A stretch of DNA of 32,871 bases from a virus (lineage: Duplodnaviria; Heunggongvirae; Uroviricota; Caudoviricetes): the IMG/VR virus record IMGVR_UViG_3300047281_000124; one strand, given 5' to 3'. Below are positions 1-9,270 of the stretch, in pieces; position 1 is the first letter of the stretch; each line of letters starts with the position of its first letter. The notes beneath the pieces are model-generated. The model did no database searches. It saw only the letters and a program-made list of their open reading frames with translations, and was not told the origin of the DNA. A program made the translations under genes and the position numbers.

Positions 1-844
1 GGAAAATAGCGTTAATTAAGGCAGTACCTATTAAACTAACAACCATTGTAGTTGCAAAAAGGGCTCCGGCAGCAGGAACAAACGCAGTTACTCCTGCAGT
101 AGTAACAAAAGCCCCTAGCCCGCCAACACCTGCGAGAGTGCCTGCTTTTAGCATAGCCGCCGCTATTTGAGGTGCAAACCATGCAACTGCAATAATAGCA
201 ACGATTTTTAAAGCATCTTTACCCGGTATAATTCTATACTCAATAGTCTGCCCCAGTTTAGGGACTAGGTTACTATTATCAATTACGGAAATAGCTTCAC
301 CATCAATAAATATTAGTACCTTACTTTCTAAAGTTACAGGTATATTGTGTTCTTCTAAAACCGATTTTAAAATTTCGCCCAAGTTCATACCCGGAGTTCT
401 ATTAGCTACAATAGCTTTAAAACTACTAGGAGGGTTTTCCATTACAGCAGGCGTTAAATTTTCTGAGTAAGTATAAAATCCAGAAATGCGGTTACGCCAT
501 CTTGGTTTTTCTAGACTATCAATTAAAGCACTTTGACCATCTCTAGTATGTATAAACTGGGTTGCATTAATCATTACGCCAACGTGAGATACATGGCCTA
601 GTATTCTGAATAGTACTATAGATCCTTCGGAGGGAGTTTCTAAATTAACCCAACCTTCTTTATACTGAGCAAACAATTCTGCAATACGTTCCGTATCACT
701 GTGATTGTAGTTTTGTATAAAACTAGGTAAAGTAATTTTAAACTCGTTTTCATAAATTAAACGAGTCAGCCCCCAGCAGTCTGCACCAGCAATATCTCTA
801 CCTTTTTCTTGGTAAGGTATACCAATATATTTATTATACCACAT
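1..844 (-). CDS. NlpC/P60 tail-tip peptidase fused to a gpI-like domain and a hydrophobic segment; runs off the window edge and is absent from the ORF track
   Basis: Hand translation from ATG 844 is open to base 1: MWYNKYIGIPYQEKGRDIAGADCWGL...SHVG...FIHT...RISGFY (NlpC/P60 Cys-His-His pattern), then ...VLIFIDGE...EYRIIPGK-DALKIVAIIAVAWFAP; TAATG overlap with the upstream gene. Confidence 0.85.
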   Translation of the reverse strand, partial: MWYNKYIGIPYQEKGRDIAGADCWGLTRLIYENEFKITLPSFIQNYNHSDTERIAELFAQYKEGWVNLETPSEGSIVLFRILGHVSHVGVMINATQFIHTRDGQSALIDSLEKPRWRNRISGFYTYSENLTPAVMENPPSSFKAIVANRTPGMNLGEILKSVLEEHNIPVTLESKVLIFIDGEAISVIDNSNLVPKLGQTIEYRIIPGKDALKIVAIIAVAWFAPQIAAAMLKAGTLAGVGGLGAFVTTAGVTAFVPAAGALFATTMVVSLIGTALINAIF

Positions 845-1380
845 TAAAATAATCCTGGAAAAAACGCAGGTGTAAAACAGTGCGTAGGAAATGGCTCAAC
901 ATCTAAACTAGGCATATTGAGCTCGGCGGTTACTGTAGTAGAGTTGTAACTTATATTAGTTAGTCTAAACCCGATAAAACTAGCTTCAGTAATATTGGGG
1001 GAAGAATTAAGCACTAACTTCAGCTCTGCGCTTGGCGCACCTCTAAGCTCTCTTATAGTAGGTATTAGTAGTCTAGTTACGTCTTGTATAGTAATAGTGC
1101 AGCGGGGTGCTGCACTATCATCGTCATTTGGTAAAGTTATTTCTAAGGGTACAAAGGGGTACTCTAGTCCACCACTAACAACCCCATAGTACACGTCTTC
1201 AGGGTCTAACCCTATAGGAGTACTCATGCGTTGGGTAAAATTATCCGCTAAACGAACATCTTGTGGTAACCCGATAGTAGGGTCAGCTTTTATTGTTAGT
1301 AACGTTATTAGAATTTCTTCTGATTCCGCACTGAACATGGCCTTTATAGCTGCAGGACTTAATGTACTTATTCTACTCAT
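844..1380 (-). CDS. Minor tail protein (DUF1833/lambda gpL-like position)
   Basis: ORF track 844-1416; start moved to ATG 1380, which overlaps the upstream stop (TAATG); motif FPTHCFTPAFFPGLF; lies between the distal tail gene and NlpC/P60. Confidence 0.72.
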   Translation of the reverse strand: MSRISTLSPAAIKAMFSAESEEILITLLTIKADPTIGLPQDVRLADNFTQRMSTPIGLDPEDVYYGVVSGGLEYPFVPLEITLPNDDDSAAPRCTITIQDVTRLLIPTIRELRGAPSAELKLVLNSSPNITEASFIGFRLTNISYNSTTVTAELNMPSLDVEPFPTHCFTPAFFPGLF

Positions 1381-1745
1381 TATGGTAAGATTTCCAGTTG
1401 TAGGGATATACCCCAATAACCGGGGGCTCTATACGTAGCAGTAAAGTACTGCCCGTCGGAAGTTGGTACAATTCTAGTCTCTACTACAGTATTTTTTCTA
1501 GGGTGGGTAAAACCGAATCTATATACACCTTTTATTGTATCAAATATAAAAGATTCTAGAATAGCCACTTGTGCAGTTGTAAACAAGAATGTAACGCTCA
1601 TAGTTTCTGGGCGCAAAGATCTACGTCTTATCTTAGAAGGTCCTGCATCCATAGGCGTTCTAAGAACGTTTAAACCTATGGATTCAGAGAACCCGCGTTC
1701 GACTGATTGAGGTAGAGTATTTGGCCAATAATATGTTAGTGCCAT
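1380..1745 (-). CDS. Distal tail / lambda gpM-like protein
   Basis: 121 aa immediately after the tape measure gene; WP-LPQ, LRTPMDAGPSKIRRR and FGFTHP motifs typical of this family. Confidence 0.65.
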   Translation of the reverse strand: MALTYYWPNTLPQSVERGFSESIGLNVLRTPMDAGPSKIRRRSLRPETMSVTFLFTTAQVAILESFIFDTIKGVYRFGFTHPRKNTVVETRIVPTSDGQYFTATYRAPGYWGISLQLEILP

Positions 1746-4700
1746 TTATCTCCTAATTAGTTGTGGCTGAGTTCCAAAAGTACCTTTTAAGGACTGTTGA
1801 ACACCAGAACCTACTCTATTAATTTCTCCAGCAACCATATCACCGACAGTTACTTCGATACGACGATTACCACGAGAGTCTTTAGTTTCTTTAGTAGTTG
1901 CAGTAGAAGTACTAAAGTTATTTACTACTACAGAAACTTCGTTACCACCTGAAGCACCTCCGCGAACACCTAAGTTACCTTGAGCATCACGTTTTAAAGG
2001 CATAATAGCCTCTGCACCAGCTTCACCCATTAAACCTGTTCCTTTTGCAAACTTGAATAAAGTTGGGGAATTTACAATGGAGTTAGTAAATGATCCGCCT
2101 TTAGCAAACTTCTGGATTCCGGAATCCCACGCGCCACCTTTTGCTTGGGGCATAGGGCCTACAAAGTTATCTGTTCCAGGAGTATACTGTGAACCTCCTG
2201 TTAAGGAGCTCATTAGTCCAGATAGACCTCTCGCACCTTTAAGTGACTCAGTTAATTGCATACGTAGTTCAAGTTTTGCTATACCAAGAAGCATATCAGT
2301 AATCATATCACCAAAACTTTGCTTACCTGTCATAGCAAAATCTATTAACGCATCAGACATACTACCTACAGAACTTTCGAAACTTGAATTAAATGCTTCC
2401 CATCGTTGACTTAGTTTTATATCAATTTGAGCTGTTTTCTCTTTGGCAGCCCCTAGATCAGCTATCCCAGTTTTCTCAAACTTATATCTAGTATCTAAAT
2501 CCAATAATTCCTGCTGTTTAGCTAACTTAGCATCACCATCTGCGATTTTTATAGCATTCTTAAGGGTTAAACTTTCTTTTTGGTATTTTATGTCTAACTC
2601 TGAGACACCGTTGGCCACTTCTCTTTTTCTAACTATAGTATCTAGCGATCTAATTTCAGAAGTATAAGAGTCTTGATTTATCTGTCCTAAATTTAGCTGT
2701 ATATCAAGCCTAGCTCTAGCTTGTTCGATTAAGGCACTACCTTGCTCATAATATTCTTTTGACAAAGCATTTTGGTTATCCAGTCCTTTTAGTTGTATAT
2801 CTAAAAGTCTGTTACTTATAATTTCAGCATCTGTACGTCTAGTAATAGCATTAGTTGTATCATTTGTTAAGTCTAAATTAGCTTCTGCGAGTTTTGTTTG
2901 AATTTGTGCATCTTTTAGTGCAGTACTTGCAAGACTTTTAAGTTCAGGAACTTTTGCCTCTTTTTGTACAGTAGCTGCGATACCTTCAGCTTTTTGATAG
3001 GGGATAAGCGTTAGAACTTTTTGAGCAGCCTGCTCTTTTCCAGTCATCTGTGTTAGAGTTTTTTGCTGTTCTACATCGCTTAAAGATTTAAACGCAGGGC
3101 TTTCTACTAAACTAGCTCGTTCTGTTTTTAATGACTCTAAGTATGATTGCATACCTTCTTTAAAAGTATCAAATCCTGCTGATATAATATTAGTTAAACC
3201 CGTAATTCTATCTCTCTCAGCAACTGTATTTAATTCTTGTAGTTTAGTTTGTAAATCAATATTGCGCTGTAGTAAAGCTATAGTTTCAGGATTGCTAGCT
3301 ATATCCCCTGATTTCAAGTCTTTGGCTAGATTTTTTGAACCTACTGCTTTTTCTTGCTCAGCAATACGTTTGATTTGAATATCTATCGCATCTCTAGCCT
3401 TTATATCTGGAACAGGTAATTCGTCCTTCTTTTTCTCTAAAGCCAGTCTTTCATTAGATAGTCTAAAGGCATCTAATGTATTAATTAAAGTATCAGTAGA
3501 TTTAAGTTGCTTAACTTGCAATCCAGTACTTTGCTGATCTAGTTTTGCGGAGTACGCAGCAGTTGCGGCGGTTTTAGGTAAACTATTAATCAAAGTTTTT
3601 TGTATCTCTATACTGCCCTTAGCTATAGCCAAGGTTAGTGGAGATTCTATTAACTTAAATGCAGACACTAATGAAGACCCCATAGCACTGCTCATATTTT
3701 GCTGTAAAGTGTTCAGCCTACTATTGGCCCCCTCTAGCTTAGTAGCCGCAGCAGCTACCTGTCCTTCTGCCTGTAACTTAATATTAATAAGAACTTGCTT
3801 TGTTTCTTTAGAAGTACCTAGAGAGTCTAATGCTTTAGAAGTATCTATGACCTTCTTTTCCGCATTTATTAGTTCTTGTTTTGTATCTTCTACTTGTTTG
3901 TATACTCCGGCCAACTGAGACCCTGTAGTTAAGATAGCCGCCTGAGCCTCTGGAGAAAACATTTTTATTTTACTAGTATCTAGCAGAAGCTCATTTAAGG
4001 CAGCAACACTTAAAATAGGGTTTTTAAATATATCCGCTAACTTAATGCTTTCTATAGCTAAGTCTGCGCCAAACTTACTTAGTGGGTCGTTGTTTATTAA
4101 AGTATTACTCAAAGCTGTGTAGGAATCGTTCAGTTTAGCTAAACCTGCGTTAAACTCTCGTAAAGGTGCAGCTAGTTTAGTGCTAGCTTTTTCTACTTCA
4201 GATAACTGCTTTGTCGCAGCCTTTCCAGTCGATACTACCTTACTACTATCAAGACTGTTAAAGGCTTTCTGTATATTTTGAAAACTAGTATCACCTATAT
4301 TAAGTAGTTCTTTTAGACTATCTTGAGCTTGTTTCTTTAATGCCGGGTCTGTAATACCTTCTATACTACTAGACAGTGCCATAGCTGTATTTTTTGCATA
4401 AAGGCTTTGCAAGTCTTTATCAACAAATTTATACGCAGTATCTAAAAGCCTGTCAAAGAAACTAGCGGATATGTCTGCTTTTTCTAAATTAGATGTCAGG
4501 CTTTCTAAGTTTTCTGTTAAAGTAGTTATGGCATTTGCTTTAGCAAGTATTGAAGAAACTGTTAAAGTATCTTCGTATTTTTTAGCAACATCTGTAGCTG
4601 TTTTTGTACTACTTTCTACTAACTCTATAGACTTTTGAAAGCTTTCTAACTCAGCCCCGTTCTTAGAAAAAACAGCGCTTAAAGCTCCAAAAACTGCTAC

Positions 4701-6314
4701 AGCCATACCAATGTAACCCATAAGGCCAGATGCTACGCTAAGTATTCCGCCTATAGAACTAGCGGCGGCAGCGGCGGTACCCGCTACTCTGACAAATCCT
4801 GCACTTAGGCCCGTTAATTTTTCTGCCTTTACAGATTCGTTCATTTTCTTTAGTGCTACAGAAAATCCGTCTATACCCACGTTTTCGCTTACACTACTTA
4901 GGATAGACCGAGAAGCTGCAGTTTTTCTAGCAGATTCTGCTCTTGCTATAGCAATACCTGCTGGAGTAAACTTTCCAGGAGGTGCGTCTCGTTTCTTCTC
5001 AAGAATATCCAAAGTTTTGGCATACTCAGTATTGGCATTTTTTGCTAAAGTAATACTTTTCGACAGCTCTCTATACGTACCTGCTACGGCTGTCTGTTTG
5101 CTACCTAATTTATCTAATAATGCTATATCTTTTGTAGTTATATCCTGTATAGACTCTTTGGCTAGGATTGTTTTAACACCCTTGGATATACCCTTTTTTG
5201 AAGTGGCTCTTAGGTCTGCCTCAGCAGCATCTACTTTCATAGTTCTAATATCGGCTATTTTTTCTTTTTCTGCTAGAATCTCTTTAGCACTTATGTCGGT
5301 CGCTACTTTTAGGGCCTGTTTAGCTGAAGTAGCGCGCGCTTCTGCAAACTTTTTAGCTTCCTCTGCCGATTCCTTTAGACTTGATCCGTACTGTCCAATA
5401 GCAGGAATAGCTTGTTTTAATAACATAATAGATATTGTAGACAAAGCTGCTGCCAATAAAGTAGGGCTAGTACCCAGTAACTTTATTAAGGGCCCTATCA
5501 CGGTATTAACTAATGTTAAGCCTGAGGTAGCAATGTCTTTTAATGATGCCAGTAGTTTTGTGTAAGGGTTAACGTCTATTTCAATATCTTTAAACTTACC
5601 AATACCCTCAGCTAGCACAGCATTAGTAAATGCCTGTCGTTTTTCAAGATCAGTTAAAGCTCCTACAGATTTTCCTATAGACCTTGCGTAGTCTTCCGTA
5701 GACTTACCTACTTTTGTAAATATACCTAATTCATCTAGTAGTTCTGGCTCTAGCTTAGTTATACCTCGGGTTAACCTACTTACAGCATCAGACATATCAA
5801 CACCTAAAGCCTGAGAAGCTTTTTTTGCTACCTCTCCTAGCTGTAAGAGCTGTTTGGCAGACATTCCAGAAGAGGTAGCTTTTGTAGTTGCTTCCATAGC
5901 TTCGCGTAAAGAAATGGCTCCACCACTTGCAGCTGTAAACTGTTTTGCTAAAGTTCCTAGAGCTGTTCCACTGGTAGCTCCAAGCTGGTCTAACCCTTTT
6001 ACCATGTTGGTGGTATCCGCAGCATTACTAAGTGCGGTGAACGCGGCACTAACTGCGAAAATGTTAGCAGCAAAGGTAGCGTACACACGTACTAAACCAC
6101 CTAAGCCTTCTGATTGTTTTGCAAAGTCGCGACCTGCGGCACCTGTACCGCCACTTGCGCGAGCTTGATCGTATCCCTGGTAGCTAGCTTTAACAGCTTT
6201 ACTAATACCAGCACTTTTTCCCATTTCATTATTAAACTGCTTGGCATCTGCCGTCTTAGCTTTAATACTGCCATTATCCTGTAATTCAACTGTATATACT
6301 GTCTTATTAGTCAT
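1746..6314 (-). CDS. Tape measure protein (about 1522 aa)
   Basis: Long Ala/Lys/Leu-rich helical ORF after the tail chaperones; T5 pb2-like N-terminus (GLGGLVRVYATFAANIFAVSAAF) and lambda-family C-terminus (GLMGEAGAEAIMPLKR); GGAG RBS before ATG 6314. Confidence 0.92.
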   Translation of the reverse strand: MTNKTVYTVELQDNGSIKAKTADAKQFNNEMGKSAGISKAVKASYQGYDQARASGGTGAAGRDFAKQSEGLGGLVRVYATFAANIFAVSAAFTALSNAADTTNMVKGLDQLGATSGTALGTLAKQFTAASGGAISLREAMEATTKATSSGMSAKQLLQLGEVAKKASQALGVDMSDAVSRLTRGITKLEPELLDELGIFTKVGKSTEDYARSIGKSVGALTDLEKRQAFTNAVLAEGIGKFKDIEIDVNPYTKLLASLKDIATSGLTLVNTVIGPLIKLLGTSPTLLAAALSTISIMLLKQAIPAIGQYGSSLKESAEEAKKFAEARATSAKQALKVATDISAKEILAEKEKIADIRTMKVDAAEADLRATSKKGISKGVKTILAKESIQDITTKDIALLDKLGSKQTAVAGTYRELSKSITLAKNANTEYAKTLDILEKKRDAPPGKFTPAGIAIARAESARKTAASRSILSSVSENVGIDGFSVALKKMNESVKAEKLTGLSAGFVRVAGTAAAAASSIGGILSVASGLMGYIGMAVAVFGALSAVFSKNGAELESFQKSIELVESSTKTATDVAKKYEDTLTVSSILAKANAITTLTENLESLTSNLEKADISASFFDRLLDTAYKFVDKDLQSLYAKNTAMALSSSIEGITDPALKKQAQDSLKELLNIGDTSFQNIQKAFNSLDSSKVVSTGKAATKQLSEVEKASTKLAAPLREFNAGLAKLNDSYTALSNTLINNDPLSKFGADLAIESIKLADIFKNPILSVAALNELLLDTSKIKMFSPEAQAAILTTGSQLAGVYKQVEDTKQELINAEKKVIDTSKALDSLGTSKETKQVLINIKLQAEGQVAAAATKLEGANSRLNTLQQNMSSAMGSSLVSAFKLIESPLTLAIAKGSIEIQKTLINSLPKTAATAAYSAKLDQQSTGLQVKQLKSTDTLINTLDAFRLSNERLALEKKKDELPVPDIKARDAIDIQIKRIAEQEKAVGSKNLAKDLKSGDIASNPETIALLQRNIDLQTKLQELNTVAERDRITGLTNIISAGFDTFKEGMQSYLESLKTERASLVESPAFKSLSDVEQQKTLTQMTGKEQAAQKVLTLIPYQKAEGIAATVQKEAKVPELKSLASTALKDAQIQTKLAEANLDLTNDTTNAITRRTDAEIISNRLLDIQLKGLDNQNALSKEYYEQGSALIEQARARLDIQLNLGQINQDSYTSEIRSLDTIVRKREVANGVSELDIKYQKESLTLKNAIKIADGDAKLAKQQELLDLDTRYKFEKTGIADLGAAKEKTAQIDIKLSQRWEAFNSSFESSVGSMSDALIDFAMTGKQSFGDMITDMLLGIAKLELRMQLTESLKGARGLSGLMSSLTGGSQYTPGTDNFVGPMPQAKGGAWDSGIQKFAKGGSFTNSIVNSPTLFKFAKGTGLMGEAGAEAIMPLKRDAQGNLGVRGGASGGNEVSVVVNNFSTSTATTKETKDSRGNRRIEVTVGDMVAGEINRVGSGVQQSLKGTFGTQPQLIRR

Positions 6315-6364
6315 CGTGTCTCCTAACCGTAGCAGAAACACACACGTATTTCTGAAGTACCCCT

Positions 6365-6393
6365 ATTATATCACATGGGGCTGCTTACGTCAA
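6365..6393 (-). promoter_or_regulatory. Sigma70-type promoter for the tape measure/tail-tip operon
   Basis: TTGACG-17 bp-TATAAT on the minus strand. Confidence 0.7.
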
Positions 6394-6413
6394 GTATAAT
6401 TTTTCATGGGCGT

Positions 6414-6445
6414 AAAAAAGCCCCGTATTTTCATACGAGGCTTTT
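6414..6445. terminator. Intrinsic terminator after the tail chaperone genes
   Basis: AAAAAAGCC-CCGTA...TACG-AGGCTTTT hairpin with A/T tracts on both sides. Confidence 0.7.
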
Positions 6446-6446
6446 A

Positions 6447-6815
6447 CTATTTACTTTTAGCTCTTAATATAGAACGTCTTTCATTATCTATAGTACTGAT
6501 TATCTTATATACTAAAATATGTTCATCTTTAGGTACGTCGTACAATTCAAATACTTGAAAAAGATTTAATAAGCTTTTTCCAATATAATTACCTCCCATA
6601 TAGTCCCACTCATCTCTAAGTGTTTCATATATAGTTAAGGATAATTGAGCAAGATCGGGCATATCCTCGAATTCCACAGGAATTTCGGAGTCTAATGGTT
6701 CACTTCCTAGAGCCGCACAGATTTCATAGTACTGCTCTTTAGAAACTCCCTGATCTGCATTATTTAGATAACTTTTAAGGTCAGCAGTTAGGCTTTCGAA
6801 CTGCTCTTGGAAAAG
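6447..6815 (-). CDS. Tail assembly chaperone C-terminal extension (gpT-like), reached by -1 frameshift
   Basis: The -1 frame is open from the slippery site at 6815-6821 to the stop at 6447 (LFQEQFESLTADLKSYL...EICAALGSEP...); predicted fusion about 255 aa. Confidence 0.75.
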   Translation of the reverse strand, partial: LFQEQFESLTADLKSYLNNADQGVSKEQYYEICAALGSEPLDSEIPVEFEDMPDLAQLSLTIYETLRDEWDYMGGNYIGKSLLNLFQVFELYDVPKDEHILVYKIISTIDNERRSILRAKSK

Positions 6816-7213
6816 TTTCCCAAGTCTGATACCACTTCTGATACAAATCCGTCAAAATCTGTTGAAGACTTCATAATAGCTAAAGCGTTATCTTCAGAGT
6901 ACTCTAATAGAGTTTCTGAGTCTTTACCACTTACATCAACAGGAGCTAGTTTTTCTAAGTAGGCATACTTAAAACCTGACCAGCCTTTTACGGTTGCTGC
7001 AACGTATAGTTTTAAGAACAGTTCATCGTCTAATTCTTCGACGGGTTGACGATTCTTAAATACAGTCTTAGTAGACTTTTTACGAATTGAAACTAAAGTT
7101 TCACGGGAAAGAAAAGTAAGCTTTACTTTGAAGCCTGGCATGCCAGGATATTCTGACTCTACTTCTTTTGAAGGTACAAGAAGAGACTTTAAGGAGATTG
7201 TGTTATCAGCCAT
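6788..7213 (-). CDS. Tail assembly chaperone (gpG-like)
   Basis: 141 aa between the tail tube and tape measure genes; ends in DLGNFSK containing the slippery heptamer. Confidence 0.85.
   Translation of the reverse strand: MADNTISLKSLLVPSKEVESEYPGMPGFKVKLTFLSRETLVSIRKKSTKTVFKNRQPVEELDDELFLKLYVAATVKGWSGFKYAYLEKLAPVDVSGKDSETLLEYSEDNALAIMKSSTDFDGFVSEVVSDLGNFSKSSSKA
6815..6821 (-). other. Programmed -1 ribosomal frameshift site G GGA AAC
   Basis: X XXY YYZ heptamer in the correct phase near the end of the chaperone gene; comparable to lambda G/GT GGGAAAG. Confidence 0.8.
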
Positions 7214-7234
7214 GTTATATATTATAAGTTAGTT

Positions 7235-7265
7235 AAAAAGAGGTACCGGTGATCAAGCCGGTACC
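7235..7265 (-). terminator. Probable terminator after the major tail gene
   Basis: 8-bp stem GGTACCGG/CCGGTACC followed by TCTTTTT on the minus strand. Confidence 0.55.
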
Positions 7266-7275
7266 GAGAGAAAGA

Positions 7276-8727
7276 TTACAGTGAAAAGTAACGAACTTCT
7301 AAGTCGTTAGTATTTTCAATATCATAGGTAGATGTAGCACTTTGAATAGCTTCAGTACCTTGTGCAGTAAAGTTAATTGTAGTTGACATAACTGCTTGAG
7401 CATCAATTGTAGGAATCTGTAAGAACGCACCGTCTGACATAATTTCTACACGAGTACCGCTTGCTGCGCCACCGATTTCAATTTGTAACTTAAACTTAGG
7501 CTCAACACCTGCAGTTGTTGCAGAATCAGCAAGTAATTGGCTAAGAAGTCCGGCACTGTTAGTACTACCTGTACGTAAGTAAGCTGTCATACTTCCGGAG
7601 ATAGCACGAGTACCTGTATAGTAACCAATAGCTAAGTTAACTACACCTAAGTTAGCGGGAGTAATATACGTAATATTATTAGCAATTGTAATAGAACCGC
7701 CAGTAAGTGCTAAGTTATAACTAGTACCACCTATACCACCAATGTTACTTTTCATAGTAACAGTAGACAGTTTGTTGGTAATAAAGTTAGCTGCAGTATT
7801 CTTACCAGTAGCAGTACCTGTTAACCCGCCAGTTAGTGTAAGAACCCCTGTACCTGTGTAAGATACGTTGGTTGCTAGCTGACGTAGTGCAGTACCTTTA
7901 CCGGTCCAGGCTACAGTAGCAATGCCATCTAGCCCAAAATCAACTACTGCTTGATCTAATGCACAGTTATCAATAACGTACGTAATACTGTCTACAGTAA
8001 TAACCATACCGAAAGGTAGTAGTAAGTTCTTATTGGAAGTAGCAGTAGTGACTTCAGAGTATGCAACAGGAATACCAGGTGTAGCTACTAAGTCGGCGGC
8101 TACGGCAATATTCTCATTCCAAGCAGTACGGTTAAAAGTTACTGCAGAAGTCCAGTTAGCGGCACTAACTGCGGCAGCAGGGTTAGTAGCATATATAGCT
8201 GTAATGCTAGTTGCGGAACTAGTCACGATTTTAACTGCGGTATTAAACTGACTTGCGCCAAGACCTAAAACACCTTTAACTACTACAGTTTCTCCAACTG
8301 TCATAGGAGTGAATCCGGTACCTGTTATCGTTACTAGACCAGCTACTAAAGTTACTGCTGTAATTGTTGTAGCTGCTGAAGCTGGGGTAGCTCCAATGGC
8401 TGTATTAGATAAAAGAGCATTCCAAAGGTGTGATTCTTCGGCTTTAACAGTAGCGTTTAAATATGGACGAATATACGTAGAGAATGAAAACTCTACATTA
8501 CCCAAACTAGTGTTAAAAGAGCGCTGACCACGAACAGGTGTAGCACCTGCTTCGCTGATATTGATTGTCTCAGCATTAGAAGATTGTGTAAAAGTAAACC
8601 CATCAAGTACTTGTAACTCTTGTGCGTTAGTAGCACTAAAGCCGCTAGTTGCTACAAGGCCTGTACCTGCTGAAACGTTTGTAGTAAATAAAACTCTACT
8701 ATTTCTAACTAGATTAAATGTTGCCAT
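7276..8727 (-). CDS. Major tail tube protein, T5 pb6-like, with an internal insertion
   Basis: LVRNSRV, ISEAGATPVRGQRSFNTSL and EFSFSTYIRPY match my recollection of T5 pb6 (LLRNTRI, VNEAGPRPTRGSKRFNDSL, WSFSTYILPY). Confidence 0.9.
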   Translation of the reverse strand: MATFNLVRNSRVLFTTNVSAGTGLVATSGFSATNAQELQVLDGFTFTQSSNAETINISEAGATPVRGQRSFNTSLGNVEFSFSTYIRPYLNATVKAEESHLWNALLSNTAIGATPASAATTITAVTLVAGLVTITGTGFTPMTVGETVVVKGVLGLGASQFNTAVKIVTSSATSITAIYATNPAAAVSAANWTSAVTFNRTAWNENIAVAADLVATPGIPVAYSEVTTATSNKNLLLPFGMVITVDSITYVIDNCALDQAVVDFGLDGIATVAWTGKGTALRQLATNVSYTGTGVLTLTGGLTGTATGKNTAANFITNKLSTVTMKSNIGGIGGTSYNLALTGGSITIANNITYITPANLGVVNLAIGYYTGTRAISGSMTAYLRTGSTNSAGLLSQLLADSATTAGVEPKFKLQIEIGGAASGTRVEIMSDGAFLQIPTIDAQAVMSTTINFTAQGTEAIQSATSTYDIENTNDLEVRYFSL

Positions 8728-8832
8728 TTGTCTATTCCTTTATTTTTATGTGTCTGTCGCATTTGACTAGATATTTATCTGTACGCATACTAAAGACACG
8801 ATTAATTAATAGACTATTAAGTCTACCTATAC

Positions 8833-9270
8833 TTACATCAGTTGATACCGTACCTGTAAGTTTATTTCACCAACAGCGTACGGGGCTAGTAAGCCCTCAT
8901 CTGTAGTTATGGAAGCTACTAAGATTTCAGTAGTTTCATAGTTTTTATCAATGTCATAGATTAAAACTCTGTTATCTGTAATAACAGTTTCAATGTCTTC
9001 TAATAATGCTTCTAGCTGTAGTTGAGCATCTTCGCCTTTACAGTACAGCTTAAGACTAATACCTAAGTATGCCCAGACGAAGTCGCCAGGTAAGTACTCT
9101 CTAGACTCAGAACCTGTTGACCCGTATATACACGGGAAATCATTAACTTCATCCCAGAAACGAATAATAGGATAAGCATTATTATAGATATTAATACTAT
9201 AAGGATCATTACCATCAATAAGCTTAAATTTTTCAACTAATGCTTTTAAAATACTTGTTCTACGACTCAT
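8833..9270 (-). CDS. Tail terminator protein (T5-like)
   Basis: 145 aa; FWDEVNDFPCIY and ITTDEGLLAPYAVGEINLQVRY motifs; directly upstream of the tail tube gene. Confidence 0.75.
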   Translation of the reverse strand: MSRRTSILKALVEKFKLIDGNDPYSINIYNNAYPIIRFWDEVNDFPCIYGSTGSESREYLPGDFVWAYLGISLKLYCKGEDAQLQLEALLEDIETVITDNRVLIYDIDKNYETTEILVASITTDEGLLAPYAVGEINLQVRYQLM

